From a virus (lineage: Duplodnaviria; Caudoviricetes): a DNA stretch of 36,204 nucleotides. The position numbers were made by a program, and so were the translations under genes. The stretch covers positions 1 through 36,204 of the IMG/VR virus record IMGVR_UViG_3300025018_000319. One strand, 5' to 3'. The notes under the pieces are model-generated. The model was given only the letters and a program-made list of their open reading frames with translations, searched no databases and was not told the DNA's origin. Numbering within the stretch: position 1 is the stretch's first letter; every line of letters begins with the position of its first letter. Of this stretch, positions 27,438-36,087 are shown piece by piece.

Positions 27438-27788
27438 ATGGAATTTGCAAAAATTGAGGACTTAAAAAAAATGGATAACAACACTTTACTTCGAGAGGCT
27501 GATGTCGTTACCAAACTAATCAATGACGGGAGGGAACAATTGAAACTCATCGCAGGAGAGGTTGAAATTCGTTGTCAGGAAAGTCAACACCCATTACCTG
27601 AGGGAAGTATGTTGATGAAATCCGATCGTCAATGGCTCAAGACCGCTATTCAGTTGCTTGTCGCATTAGACAGAGTGACTGAGGATAAGCTGGTCGAGTG
27701 GTATACTAGCTCGGAACTCATTGCCGAAATTAACGACTTTTATGTCGAGATTGAGAATGATGACGAACTTCGCAAAGCATTGGAGTAA
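27438..27788 (+). CDS. Hypothetical protein
   Basis: ORF track, tiling. Confidence 0.65.
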   Translation: MEFAKIEDLKKMDNNTLLREADVVTKLINDGREQLKLIAGEVEIRCQESQHPLPEGSMLMKSDRQWLKTAIQLLVALDRVTEDKLVEWYTSSELIAEINDFYVEIENDDELRKALE

Positions 27789-27791
27789 TGC

Positions 27792-27821
27792 TTGCCAAGG
27801 TTGATAAAATGGTATACAATA
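27792..27821 (+). promoter_or_regulatory. Sigma70-type early promoter 2
   Basis: TTGCCA-17-TACAAT; same spacer as promoter 1. Confidence 0.75.
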
Positions 27822-27846
27822 TAAGCATTAAAACTAAACAGAAAAT

Positions 27847-28101
27847 ATGAACAAAAAAAATCATCTACCACTAACCGAAAGAGAGCAGGAAGTTTTTGCC
27901 TACATTCTCGGATACATTGTGGATAACGGATACTCGCCCACAAGACAGGAGATTGCGAACAAGTTTGAATTTACCCCTCAAGGTGCTCAAAAGTTTGTCC
28001 AGTCATTAGTCGACAAGGGTCGCATCGTTATAATTAAGCACGGAAAATCAAACATCGCTCGCAATATCGTGATTGTCGAAAATGCTACTTTGAGAAGTTA
28101 G
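27847..28101 (+). CDS. Stand-alone LexA-type winged-helix DNA-binding protein (no peptidase domain)
   Basis: LTEREQEVFAYI...NGYSPTRQEIA...LVDKGRI...ARNI. Confidence 0.85.
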   Translation: MNKKNHLPLTEREQEVFAYILGYIVDNGYSPTRQEIANKFEFTPQGAQKFVQSLVDKGRIVIIKHGKSNIARNIVIVENATLRS

Positions 28102-28108
28102 GAGTCAC

Positions 28109-28137
28109 TTTTCAAGGTTTACAAAGCGGTGTATAAT
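28109..28137 (+). promoter_or_regulatory. Sigma70-type promoter 3
   Basis: TTTTCA-17-TATAAT with related spacer AGGTTTACAAAGCGGTG. Confidence 0.6.
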
Positions 28138-28164
28138 TTTAACATAATTCACTAAGTCAATTTT

Positions 28165-29043
28165 ATGGCGAAAAAAAAGGTTGCAAAAAAAGCAACAAAA
28201 AAAATTACCAAGACCAAGACTAAGGTCATCAAAAAAAAGTCGGTCGTAGTCAAGGGGGATTTAATTGTCCATAACCCAACTAACCCGACACAGGAGTTTG
28301 TTGTCGCATCTGAGTTTGCTGATGATGAGGCAATTGAGGGAGAGTTAATGGGAAAAGCAATGGAGCATTATGTTTACTCGTTTTGCGAATATCATTGCAA
28401 AGAAAAATGCGATCATAAAAAAATTACTGGTTTAACTGTTGCAGGTGTCAATGAGATGAGTCGCCAGTTAACCAAGAAAAAAAATTCAGGCATCAAAATT
28501 CGCATCGTGCCTGATAGCATCAAGATTGAGAGGAATGTCGAGGAGAACGGACAAAAGGGAGTTGGTGTCATCTTGATTGCTGAGAATATGCTGTCCGGTG
28601 AAACTGCTATCGGTGCAAAGTTCGAACCTTACCAAAAGATGAGTAAAAAAAATGGAGCGTATGACAACACCTTTGCAATGGAAAAAGCTGTCAGTAAAGC
28701 AGAACGAAATGCAAAAAGAAAATTGATACCTGAGAAAGTTGCGATTGAGATGATTAAATTATTTGTCAATGACGGTAAAGTTAAGGAGTTAGCTCAGCCC
28801 GTTCAGAGACAAATACAAGCACCTGCTCAGGTCAATTATCTAGGAAAGCTAATCACTATGCTTGCGAATGAGGCTGGTATTACTATTAAAAATGGAGTTA
28901 TGTCTAGCGAGGATTTGGGAAAAATGATTGACATCTACAACCTTGCTGTCGGGTCGAACATCAGGAGTTTCAAGGTCAGTCAGGAGCAGGCTCAAAAGTT
29001 ACTGCTAGACTATGTTAATTCACCAGTAATCGCTAACAAATAA
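28165..29043 (+). CDS. Putative single-strand annealing protein/recombinase
   Basis: Upstream of exonuclease and ssb; FAMEKAVSKAERNAKRKLIP helix; family not firmly recognised. Confidence 0.5.
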   Translation: MAKKKVAKKATKKITKTKTKVIKKKSVVVKGDLIVHNPTNPTQEFVVASEFADDEAIEGELMGKAMEHYVYSFCEYHCKEKCDHKKITGLTVAGVNEMSRQLTKKKNSGIKIRIVPDSIKIERNVEENGQKGVGVILIAENMLSGETAIGAKFEPYQKMSKKNGAYDNTFAMEKAVSKAERNAKRKLIPEKVAIEMIKLFVNDGKVKELAQPVQRQIQAPAQVNYLGKLITMLANEAGITIKNGVMSSEDLGKMIDIYNLAVGSNIRSFKVSQEQAQKLLLDYVNSPVIANK

Positions 29044-29047
29044 TTTT

Positions 29048-29845
29048 ATGGCAAAGCTTAGTCCGGTGGCGACTCGCACCTTTGAAAAATACAACGGGTC
29101 AATCGTTATTGATTTTTATGAAAAACACGGTCGCTTTGGTCACATCTACATCAGGCGTGACAATGGCGAGTGGCTGAAATCTGTCACAAAGGCGACTGGC
29201 ATCTTGGACAAGCCTGCTCTCGTGCCTTGGGCTTGCAAGGTTATGGCTGAGAGATTGGTCGAGGTCGCTACTGCTAAAGGGAAACTGCTCATCGATGACA
29301 TCGAGTCAGCAAAGTCTACTTGGAGAGAAAAACGGGATGCCTCGGCAAACAAGGGAACGACTATTCACGATCTAGCCAGTCAGTATATCAATTACAAACT
29401 GGGTATTACTAAAAAGCCACCGGTCATCCCTGATGAACCAGGGGAGGATAAGCCAATTACTAATGGCTACCTAGCGTTTAGAGATTGGGAGAGAGACAAC
29501 AAAGTCAAGTTTATTGCTAGCGAGGTCTTGGTATATTCTAAAAAATACAATTTTGTCGGGACTCTCGATTGTATCGCTGAGGTCAATGGAGAATATTGCT
29601 TGATTGATTTCAAGACAGGCAATGGTATTTACTGGGATATGATTTTGCAGGTGTCCGGTTATGGCATCGCCCACGAGGAGGAAACCAGCAAGAAGTTTGA
29701 GAGATGTTGGATTGTCAGGTTTGGAAAGGAGACTGCTGAATTTCAGGCAAAGAGTTTCACGATCAACGACAAACTCAATAAGGCATTTTTATCTTGTCAC
29801 TACCTCGCCAGCGTGCAAAAGGAAGTGGAGGAGATTGTTAAATAA
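29048..29845 (+). CDS. PD-(D/E)XK phage exonuclease
   Basis: SVT, DKPALVPWA, GTTIH, GTLDC, LIDFKTG, QVSGY. Confidence 0.88.
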   Translation: MAKLSPVATRTFEKYNGSIVIDFYEKHGRFGHIYIRRDNGEWLKSVTKATGILDKPALVPWACKVMAERLVEVATAKGKLLIDDIESAKSTWREKRDASANKGTTIHDLASQYINYKLGITKKPPVIPDEPGEDKPITNGYLAFRDWERDNKVKFIASEVLVYSKKYNFVGTLDCIAEVNGEYCLIDFKTGNGIYWDMILQVSGYGIAHEEETSKKFERCWIVRFGKETAEFQAKSFTINDKLNKAFLSCHYLASVQKEVEEIVK

Positions 29846-29846
29846 T

Positions 29847-29997
29847 ATGACTACTCTAAAAGATAAAATATTGCGTTGCTTGGAAAACTCACAAGGCAGA
29901 GGTCGGTCGCTACCTAGTGAGCGAAATTGATGAGGTCAGTTATAAAAAAAGACCTGACTATCAAGAGGAAAAATCCGCACAAACTAATTTATTTTAA
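29847..29997 (+). pseudogene. Possible frameshifted or internally deleted gene remnant
   Basis: MTTLKDKILRCLE in one frame; WKTHKAEV...QTNLF-stop in the +1 frame. Confidence 0.35.
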
Positions 29998-30007
29998 TCA
30001 ATCAATT

Positions 30008-30520
30008 ATGAACAAGGGCTGGATAAAAAAAGGTCAGAAACTGTCCGCTGAGACTATTGAAAAAATTAGACTGTCGCACATTGGAAAGGTTGGGGGAATG
30101 AGAGGAAAAAAACACTCTGAGAAAACAAAAAACAAAATGTCTAAAAAACACAAAGGTTTTAAGCATACAGATGAAAGTATAGAAAAAATGAGGGGAGATA
30201 ATAACTGGCAATGGAAAGGTGGTGTTAGTAAAGATGATAGTTATCTTAGTTGGATTAAAAATAAAAGAAATAGACTAAAAAGTGCTACTATCAAAGAATT
30301 AGGAAGTCACACTTTTGGAGAATGGGAGTTGCTAAAAAAACAGTATAATAATACCTGCCCTTGCTGTGGTTTATCAGAACCTTTTAATCAGAGGAGTAAA
30401 TATTTAACAGAAGACCATATAATACCGCTAAGCAAGGGTGGCTCTGATTTAATAGAAAACATACAGCCATTGTGTTCAAAATGTAATTCAATAAAGAATA
30501 GTAAAATAATAAGATTTTAA
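30008..30520 (+). CDS. NUMOD3-HNH homing endonuclease
   Basis: GKKHSEKTKNKMS repeats; CPCC...DHIIPLSKGGSD...NIQPLCSKCNSIK. Confidence 0.9.
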   Translation: MNKGWIKKGQKLSAETIEKIRLSHIGKVGGMRGKKHSEKTKNKMSKKHKGFKHTDESIEKMRGDNNWQWKGGVSKDDSYLSWIKNKRNRLKSATIKELGSHTFGEWELLKKQYNNTCPCCGLSEPFNQRSKYLTEDHIIPLSKGGSDLIENIQPLCSKCNSIKNSKIIRF

Positions 30521-30537
30521 AAACTAACACTAAAAAA

Positions 30538-30957
30538 ATGAACAAAGTTATACTTATCGGCAACCTTACTAAGGATGTCGAAATGCGACAAACTAGCGGT
30601 GGAAAGAATGTCGCCACCTGCTCATTGGCTACTAATAAAAAATACAAAGACCAGGCTGGTCAGATGCAACAGGTCGTGCAGTTTCACAACCTTGTCATTT
30701 GGGGAGCACCTGCGGACACCTTTGCTAAGTATCTGAGAAAAGGGTCAAAGGTTGGTATCATCGGGGAGCTCAACACTCGTGATTATACCGGCAAGGACGG
30801 AGTCAAGCGATACCAGACTGATGTCGTTGTCAGTGATTTCGAGTTCTTAACACCTCAGAATAACGATCAGGGTGTCCAACCTGAGTATGCTGGAAATTAT
30901 AGCCAGCCTCAGCAGAACGCTGATGAGGAAATCAGCATCGAGAATATTCCTTTTTAA
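30538..30957 (+). CDS. ssb: Single-stranded DNA-binding protein
   Basis: MNKVILIGNLTKD...; acidic IPF C-terminus. Confidence 0.97.
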   Translation: MNKVILIGNLTKDVEMRQTSGGKNVATCSLATNKKYKDQAGQMQQVVQFHNLVIWGAPADTFAKYLRKGSKVGIIGELNTRDYTGKDGVKRYQTDVVVSDFEFLTPQNNDQGVQPEYAGNYSQPQQNADEEISIENIPF

Positions 30958-30966
30958 TTTAAAAAT

Positions 30967-31617
30967 ATGCCAGCAAAAAAGACGAAAGTCGAAATCAAGG
31001 AGAGGGTTATTTGCGGACAACCTGAGGGAGTTATCAGAAAAGCTTATTTTGAAAACAACCTCAATGTGCTACTCAATCAGATACAAGCCTCGGGCAAGTA
31101 TGATGAGGGAGATGTCGAACAGTTGGGATTATACCTCGAGAGTCTGAGAACTGAGGGCAAGGATGTCATTGATAAAATCTTGAAAGTGTTTGGAGGTAAG
31201 TTGGTCGATAACGGAACGCCTCCCAGCGTGGAGGAGCTGAGAGCCGGAGCGAGTGATGCTGAGTGGAGGGTCAAGGCTGACCAAGCGATTGCCTACATCG
31301 AGGAAACCTTGACGAAAATCCGGGGGAACATCGCTGAAAAGAAAACTTTTGCATCTAGATTTTGGGGAGACACTGCGATGATTTTCATTTCAATGGAGGA
31401 GTTGATTGACAAAGATTTGGTCTATAAGAGGCAACTCTACAAAGCAAGGTTGACTCAAATCATTGACGATCACGGAGTCAGTCGCAAAGAGGCTGAGGAA
31501 AGGGCTGAATTGACAAAGGAGTATTTTGATTATAAGTCAATCGACAAGCTCAGTAATCGGCTTAAAGAGTTCTATACATTCGCTCGCAGGAGGGATGATG
31601 AAACTAACCACCGCTAA
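30967..31617 (+). CDS. Hypothetical helical protein
   Basis: ORF track. Confidence 0.7.
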   Translation: MPAKKTKVEIKERVICGQPEGVIRKAYFENNLNVLLNQIQASGKYDEGDVEQLGLYLESLRTEGKDVIDKILKVFGGKLVDNGTPPSVEELRAGASDAEWRVKADQAIAYIEETLTKIRGNIAEKKTFASRFWGDTAMIFISMEELIDKDLVYKRQLYKARLTQIIDDHGVSRKEAEERAELTKEYFDYKSIDKLSNRLKEFYTFARRRDDETNHR

Positions 31618-31621
31618 TCGT

Positions 31622-31906
31622 ATGCTAACAATCAAAGATTTCAAGATAGTCTATACAGAGGACGGGGGGCATTATTTTTCTTATAGGCGAGCTGTTTATG
31701 AGATTTGCCTCGAGGCGTGTGCTAATGGTTATGATGTGGCTGTGTATAAGTCCGGTAATCTGCAAAAACCAAAGAAGTGCACTGACTTCAAGTTCAAGAG
31801 CGATAGCATAAACTTCGGCATCAACGGACTTAAAAAAGGCGAGGCTAATATGGTATTATTACGAGCGTTGAAGTTCGCTAACGAATTTTACAAACTTATA
31901 AACTAA
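31622..31906 (+). CDS. Hypothetical protein
   Basis: Start trimmed to ATG 31622. Confidence 0.6.
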   Translation: MLTIKDFKIVYTEDGGHYFSYRRAVYEICLEACANGYDVAVYKSGNLQKPKKCTDFKFKSDSINFGINGLKKGEANMVLLRALKFANEFYKLIN

Positions 31907-31915
31907 GATAATTTT

Positions 31916-32659
31916 ATGGTCAAGGAGTCAAAGGACAATAAATTGTCCGAAATTCAAAAGAGCACAACTGAACTTGTGCCGGTAGTGGAGAATATTGCGA
32001 TCGGTAGCAATGAGGAGTTAACAAGTGCCTTGGATTTGAGTAATCAAATCAAAGCACGCATCAAGAGGGTTGAGGAGTTGAGACTTTTCTTTGTCGAGGA
32101 TTTAACTCGCAAGGTCAACGAAATCAATGCGGAATTTCGCGCGGTTCGTAAGCCATTAGAACAGATGCTCGACTTCATAGACTCGAAGGCTATCGAGTGG
32201 AGGAGAAAGGAAATGACGAGGATTGATAATGAGCGAAAAATCGAGGAGGAGAAAAAGCGAAAGGAGTTTGAAAAAGAGCAGGCTCGCCTCGCTAAGATTG
32301 CAGAGAAACAGGCAGAGAAAGAACGCCAGCGATTGGCTAAGCTCAATCTCAGCAAGAAAGACGAAAAAATTGAACTCAAGCGAATTGATGAGGAAAAACA
32401 AGCCAAGATTGACGAGGCTAGTTCTGAGGAGTTTAATTTCAATGGCAATGATTTTCAGCAGAGCAAGACCGTGCATTCTGATACTGGCTCAACTACATTC
32501 AAAAAGGTCTTTGATTGTCAGATTGTTGACCCCTTGCTTATTCCTAGAGAATATTTGCAGGTCGATGTCAGTGCTATCAAGAAAGCGGTCAAGAGTGGTG
32601 TCAGAGTGATACCGGGTGTTAGTATCTTTGAGACGGAAACTGTTAATCGAAAAGTTTAA
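31916..32659 (+). CDS. Coiled-coil protein with Gp157/Gam-like C-terminus
   Basis: IPREYLQVDVSAIKKAVKSG...IPGV. Confidence 0.65.
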   Translation: MVKESKDNKLSEIQKSTTELVPVVENIAIGSNEELTSALDLSNQIKARIKRVEELRLFFVEDLTRKVNEINAEFRAVRKPLEQMLDFIDSKAIEWRRKEMTRIDNERKIEEEKKRKEFEKEQARLAKIAEKQAEKERQRLAKLNLSKKDEKIELKRIDEEKQAKIDEASSEEFNFNGNDFQQSKTVHSDTGSTTFKKVFDCQIVDPLLIPREYLQVDVSAIKKAVKSGVRVIPGVSIFETETVNRKV

Positions 32660-32667
32660 CAAATTTT

Positions 32668-32823
32668 ATGAACAACCTTGACACAGTCTACATTTTGATT
32701 GCTGTCGCATTCAATGTCATCATTGGGGTTGTCTTGATGAGCGGATGTGATTGCAGGGGTAGAGGTCTTGCGGTCACATCGTTCGTCTTGGCAGTTGTCG
32801 GGATGATTATTTTGCTGATATAG
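32668..32823 (+). CDS. 51-aa 2-TM protein
   Basis: Hand-translated MNNLDTVYILIAVAFNVIIGVVLMSG...FVLAVVGMIILLI. Confidence 0.6.
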   Translation: MNNLDTVYILIAVAFNVIIGVVLMSGCDCRGRGLAVTSFVLAVVGMIILLI

Positions 32824-32824
32824 T

Positions 32825-32905
32825 ATGCGACCAATTCCATTAAAATTAAGAACCGAGATGTCGCAAGACAAATTTATGACTCGGTGTATTTACTGCGAGA
32901 TTTAA
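32825..32905 (+). pseudogene. Truncated gene remnant before HNH
   Basis: MRPIPLKLRTEMSQDKFMTRCIYCEI-stop; ends right after a single CxxC. Confidence 0.45.
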
Positions 32906-32914
32906 AAATACTAT

Positions 32915-33661
32915 ATGATTAAAAATGGAAAAAATATAAAATGTAAAGTCTGCAAAAAAGAGTTTTATATATCAGGAAGTAGGGTCGGAGTTAAAAAATA
33001 CTGCTCTCGGGATTGTGCAAAAAGGGATGATTATGGTTTTAAGAAAAAAGAAAAAAAGTGCATTATTTGCGGAGGTTGTTTTACGATCAAAAATAATATA
33101 GAGGTGCAGAAAAAAACCTGCTCAGATAAGTGTTTAATAGAAAACAGGAGAATAATCTCAAAAGAGAGGTCTTTGAAAAAGTCTATTAAAATCTGTAAAG
33201 TTTGTGGTAAGAAATATGAGGCATTAACTTTCCATATCGGAACTGGTAAATGTCTTGATTGTAGAATGAGACAGTTATCAGGTGAAAGGACTGGGGTTGG
33301 AAATCCGAACTATAAAGACGGGCACGCAACAAAAGAAAAATTTGGAGGGAGGCGGAGCATTTATACATCAATGCATATGCGAGCTTGCCAAAAATATAGA
33401 AAAGAATTTATCAAAAAAAACGAGTATCTATTTTGCGAAAATTGTGGAATTAACAAAAACGGTGCTAGTTGGTTTGAGGTTCACCATATTTATTTTGCTA
33501 GTAGGTTTCCAAGACATCAAGAATTGCATAATTTTAAAAACCTTATTTTACTTTGTAAAAAATGCCACACAGGTTTTCACGGAGGGGATAAGTTTAAAGA
33601 GAAGTTTTTGAAATTAGAAAAAGTAAGGGGTTTAAAAAAATTATTTAATACAAAAATATGA
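32915..33661 (+). CDS. HNH endonuclease with three N-terminal zinc-finger repeats
   Basis: CxxC...CSxxC repeats; EVHHI...NLILLCKKCH. Confidence 0.88.
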   Translation: MIKNGKNIKCKVCKKEFYISGSRVGVKKYCSRDCAKRDDYGFKKKEKKCIICGGCFTIKNNIEVQKKTCSDKCLIENRRIISKERSLKKSIKICKVCGKKYEALTFHIGTGKCLDCRMRQLSGERTGVGNPNYKDGHATKEKFGGRRSIYTSMHMRACQKYRKEFIKKNEYLFCENCGINKNGASWFEVHHIYFASRFPRHQELHNFKNLILLCKKCHTGFHGGDKFKEKFLKLEKVRGLKKLFNTKI

Positions 33662-34116
33662 GGGAAAAAGATTTCCAAACGCTATTTAGCAATTGGGTTA
33701 AGGGCAATAAAAAAAGAGTGATTGATTTATGTGGGAGTTGTGCTGTCTTTGAATTAAAAATCAGCAAGACAAAATCAATCCGGTTCGATGATGTCAAAGA
33801 GCATCAGGTTACTGGGTTGCTTGGTGCTAGTGGTGACGGATGTTATCACAAAATCAATGATATGCCTTTTATCAAGGGCAATGATAAATACCGATTTACT
33901 AATAAAAAGCCATTTGATTGTTTTCTGATTTCCGGTGGGCTTGCTTATGTTGTGGTGTTTTTTTATGTCAAAGGTCAGAGGCTTAATTCAAGGGAGATGA
34001 TATTTGTTAAGATTGAGGATTGGCTTGCTGAGTGGAAAATTGCTGAGGTCGAGGGTCGGAAGTCGGTCAGAGAGGAGTATTTGAAAAAAATTGGACTGGT
34101 GGTCAGGATGTCTTGA
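33658..34116 (+). CDS. RecU-like Holliday junction resolvase
   Basis: E.DFQ, FELKISK.KSIRFDDVKEHQ, KPFDC. Confidence 0.7.
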   Translation: MREKDFQTLFSNWVKGNKKRVIDLCGSCAVFELKISKTKSIRFDDVKEHQVTGLLGASGDGCYHKINDMPFIKGNDKYRFTNKKPFDCFLISGGLAYVVVFFYVKGQRLNSREMIFVKIEDWLAEWKIAEVEGRKSVREEYLKKIGLVVRMS

Positions 34117-34124
34117 TGATACTA

Positions 34125-34153
34125 TTGCAGGAGTTTATAAAATAGTGTATAAT
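34125..34153 (+). promoter_or_regulatory. Sigma70-type promoter 4 (rep)
   Basis: TTGCAG-17-TATAAT; spacer GAGTTTATAAAATAGTG. Confidence 0.65.
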
Positions 34154-34162
34154 TTAAACAGT

Positions 34163-34882
34163 ATGGAGTCAGAAAAAAACGAGAACATCAAGCCTAGTTT
34201 TTGGGCGGTAATCCCTGCAAATGTCCGGTATGACAAGACGATCGGGTCAACTGCTAAATTGCTCTTTGCTGAAATCACTGCATTGAGTAATCTCGAGGGG
34301 TATTGCTGGGCATCTAACAATTACTTTGCCAATCTATTCGACATCACGATCAAGCAGGTTAGTCGGTTGATTGGAGATTTGGAGAGGAAAGGATTTGTCA
34401 AAAGTTATGTCGATGCTAATGCTGGAAACCAAAGACGACTCTATCCTCAAGTAGTCAATGACATTGCGTTGCCGGTCAGTAAAGTCAAGACTCTTGCTGA
34501 AAGGTTTGACGAGCAGGTCGGAATGGTGTCATCTGAGTTGTCAGAGGAGAGAAACGATTTTCTCGGTTATTGGACTGCTAAAAATGAGGGTGGCAAAAAA
34601 GAGCATTGGCAAAAGCAGACAACATTTGCAATAAAACAACGCTGGGCTACTTGGCTCAAGAACAAAAGAAAGTGGGAGAGACCAGACAAAAATTTGCCAA
34701 GTGATAAAGAGTTGAGCAAGCAGGCAATGAAAGAGGCTGATGCTAAGGCTAGAGATAATGACTTCAAGGCTAGACTGGATGATGTCGGTAAACCTAGAAC
34801 CAAGGAGGAGCAGGACAGAATGAACAGGAAACTTGCTGAGGTTAGGGCTAGTTTAAAAAATAAGTTTGCTATAAAAGTATGA
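34163..34882 (+). CDS. Replication initiator / replisome organiser (N-terminal wHTH)
   Basis: AVIPANVRYD...AKLLFAEITALSN.EGYCWASNNYFA; start trimmed to ATG 34163. Confidence 0.88.
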   Translation: MESEKNENIKPSFWAVIPANVRYDKTIGSTAKLLFAEITALSNLEGYCWASNNYFANLFDITIKQVSRLIGDLERKGFVKSYVDANAGNQRRLYPQVVNDIALPVSKVKTLAERFDEQVGMVSSELSEERNDFLGYWTAKNEGGKKEHWQKQTTFAIKQRWATWLKNKRKWERPDKNLPSDKELSKQAMKEADAKARDNDFKARLDDVGKPRTKEEQDRMNRKLAEVRASLKNKFAIKV

Positions 34883-35091
34883 ACAGTAAAGAAATCAAGA
34901 AAATCAGGAAAGGGACAAAAAACTCTTTCATCATTTTCCTCAGAGAAAAACCAAAATATCTGCCAATGTTTATTTGGAGATTATGTGCGTTGATGATTTT
35001 CAATGATGCTGGGATTAAACTGATTGGAGCGTTTTATGGCTTACAAAAAACAATCACGATCAATGGGGTCTGTTATAAAATAAAGCGCTAA
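34879..35091 (+). CDS. Hypothetical protein
   Basis: ATGA overlap with rep. Confidence 0.6.
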   Translation: MNSKEIKKIRKGTKNSFIIFLREKPKYLPMFIWRLCALMIFNDAGIKLIGAFYGLQKTITINGVCYKIKR

Positions 35092-35095
35092 CAAT

Positions 35096-35500
35096 ATGGA
35101 TTTGAAAAAAATAGTCATCAAAAATTTATTTTTCAAAGTGGACTTTGACGGAAAGTTCACAAAGAAAAAAGGCAAGATTACTCAGGAGGTCAGTTACTTC
35201 CTAATCGGAGTCTTGCCGGTATTGATTGAATACAAGGACGGGTCAAAGGAGCGTGCTATTATCAATACACCGCTTATGGTTGAGCCTAGCCCGTATCTGA
35301 GAATGTTGCACGGGGCGAGATGTCGTTCGGTCAAGGATGTTGAAAAAGCAATCAAGCAGAAGTTTAAGGCTGATGTCAATTACAAAAAGATTGTCGGAGA
35401 GGTGGTCACCAGAGCGGTCAGGGCGATTGAATATGTGGGCAAGAGTCAGGTATTTCAGGACAAGCCTATTACTAGCATTATGATTATTAACATTGACTAG
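35096..35500 (+). CDS. Hypothetical protein
   Basis: ORF track. Confidence 0.65.
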   Translation: MDLKKIVIKNLFFKVDFDGKFTKKKGKITQEVSYFLIGVLPVLIEYKDGSKERAIINTPLMVEPSPYLRMLHGARCRSVKDVEKAIKQKFKADVNYKKIVGEVVTRAVRAIEYVGKSQVFQDKPITSIMIINID

Positions 35501-35502
35501 AT

Positions 35503-36087
35503 ATGAAAATCATCAACAAAAAAATTGACGACCTCGTGCCTGCTGATTATAATCCTCGCAAGATTGGAGTCCGGGAAAAAATGGAACTTACCAAGTCATT
35601 GAAAAAGTTTGATTTTGTCCAGCCAATCGTGGTAAATATAAACAAAAAGAGGTTCAATGTTATTATTGGCGGACATCAAAAAGTTAAAATCGCCAAGGAG
35701 CTTGGATATAAAACTGTGCCTTGCGTTGAGGTTGATTTGTCAATTGACCAAGAGAGGGAACTAAACCTCAGACTCAACAAGAATGGTGGAGAGTTTGACC
35801 CGACATTGCTGACTTTACTCGATAAAGATTTATTGAGGCAGGTCGGCTTTTTAGATAAAGAGCTCAACAAGGTCTTTGCTGATAATGCTGAGATTGACCA
35901 AGAGGAGGAATTTACAACTGAAATTTTAGAGGAAAACAATTACCTAGTTTTTACATTCGACAACTCAATCGATTGGCTTGCGATCGAGGATTTTTTCAAG
36001 CTAAAAAGTGTCAATGCTAAAGACAGCGCCACTGATTATAAACGCAAGGGAATTGGTCGAGTTTTAAATGGCGGGCAATTGCTCGAT
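35503..36087 (+). CDS. ParB/Srx-like protein (198 aa if closed through the circle to TAA at 109-111; missing from ORF track)
   Basis: Hand-translated LVPADYNPRKI...SLKKFDFVQPIVVN...IIGGHQK...ERELNLRLNKNGGEFD. Confidence 0.88.

Noticed and set aside
29048-29845. Cas4/CRISPR association
   Set aside because: No Fe-S cysteine cluster pattern and no array; context is a recombination module
23009-33661. Group I introns housing the three HNH genes
   Set aside because: Each HNH abuts or overlaps its neighbours, leaving no room for an intron core
35503-36087. Plasmid-prophage partition system
   Set aside because: No ParA or parS array seen; the context next to TAGT and terminase fits packaging/modification-linked ParB-like proteins
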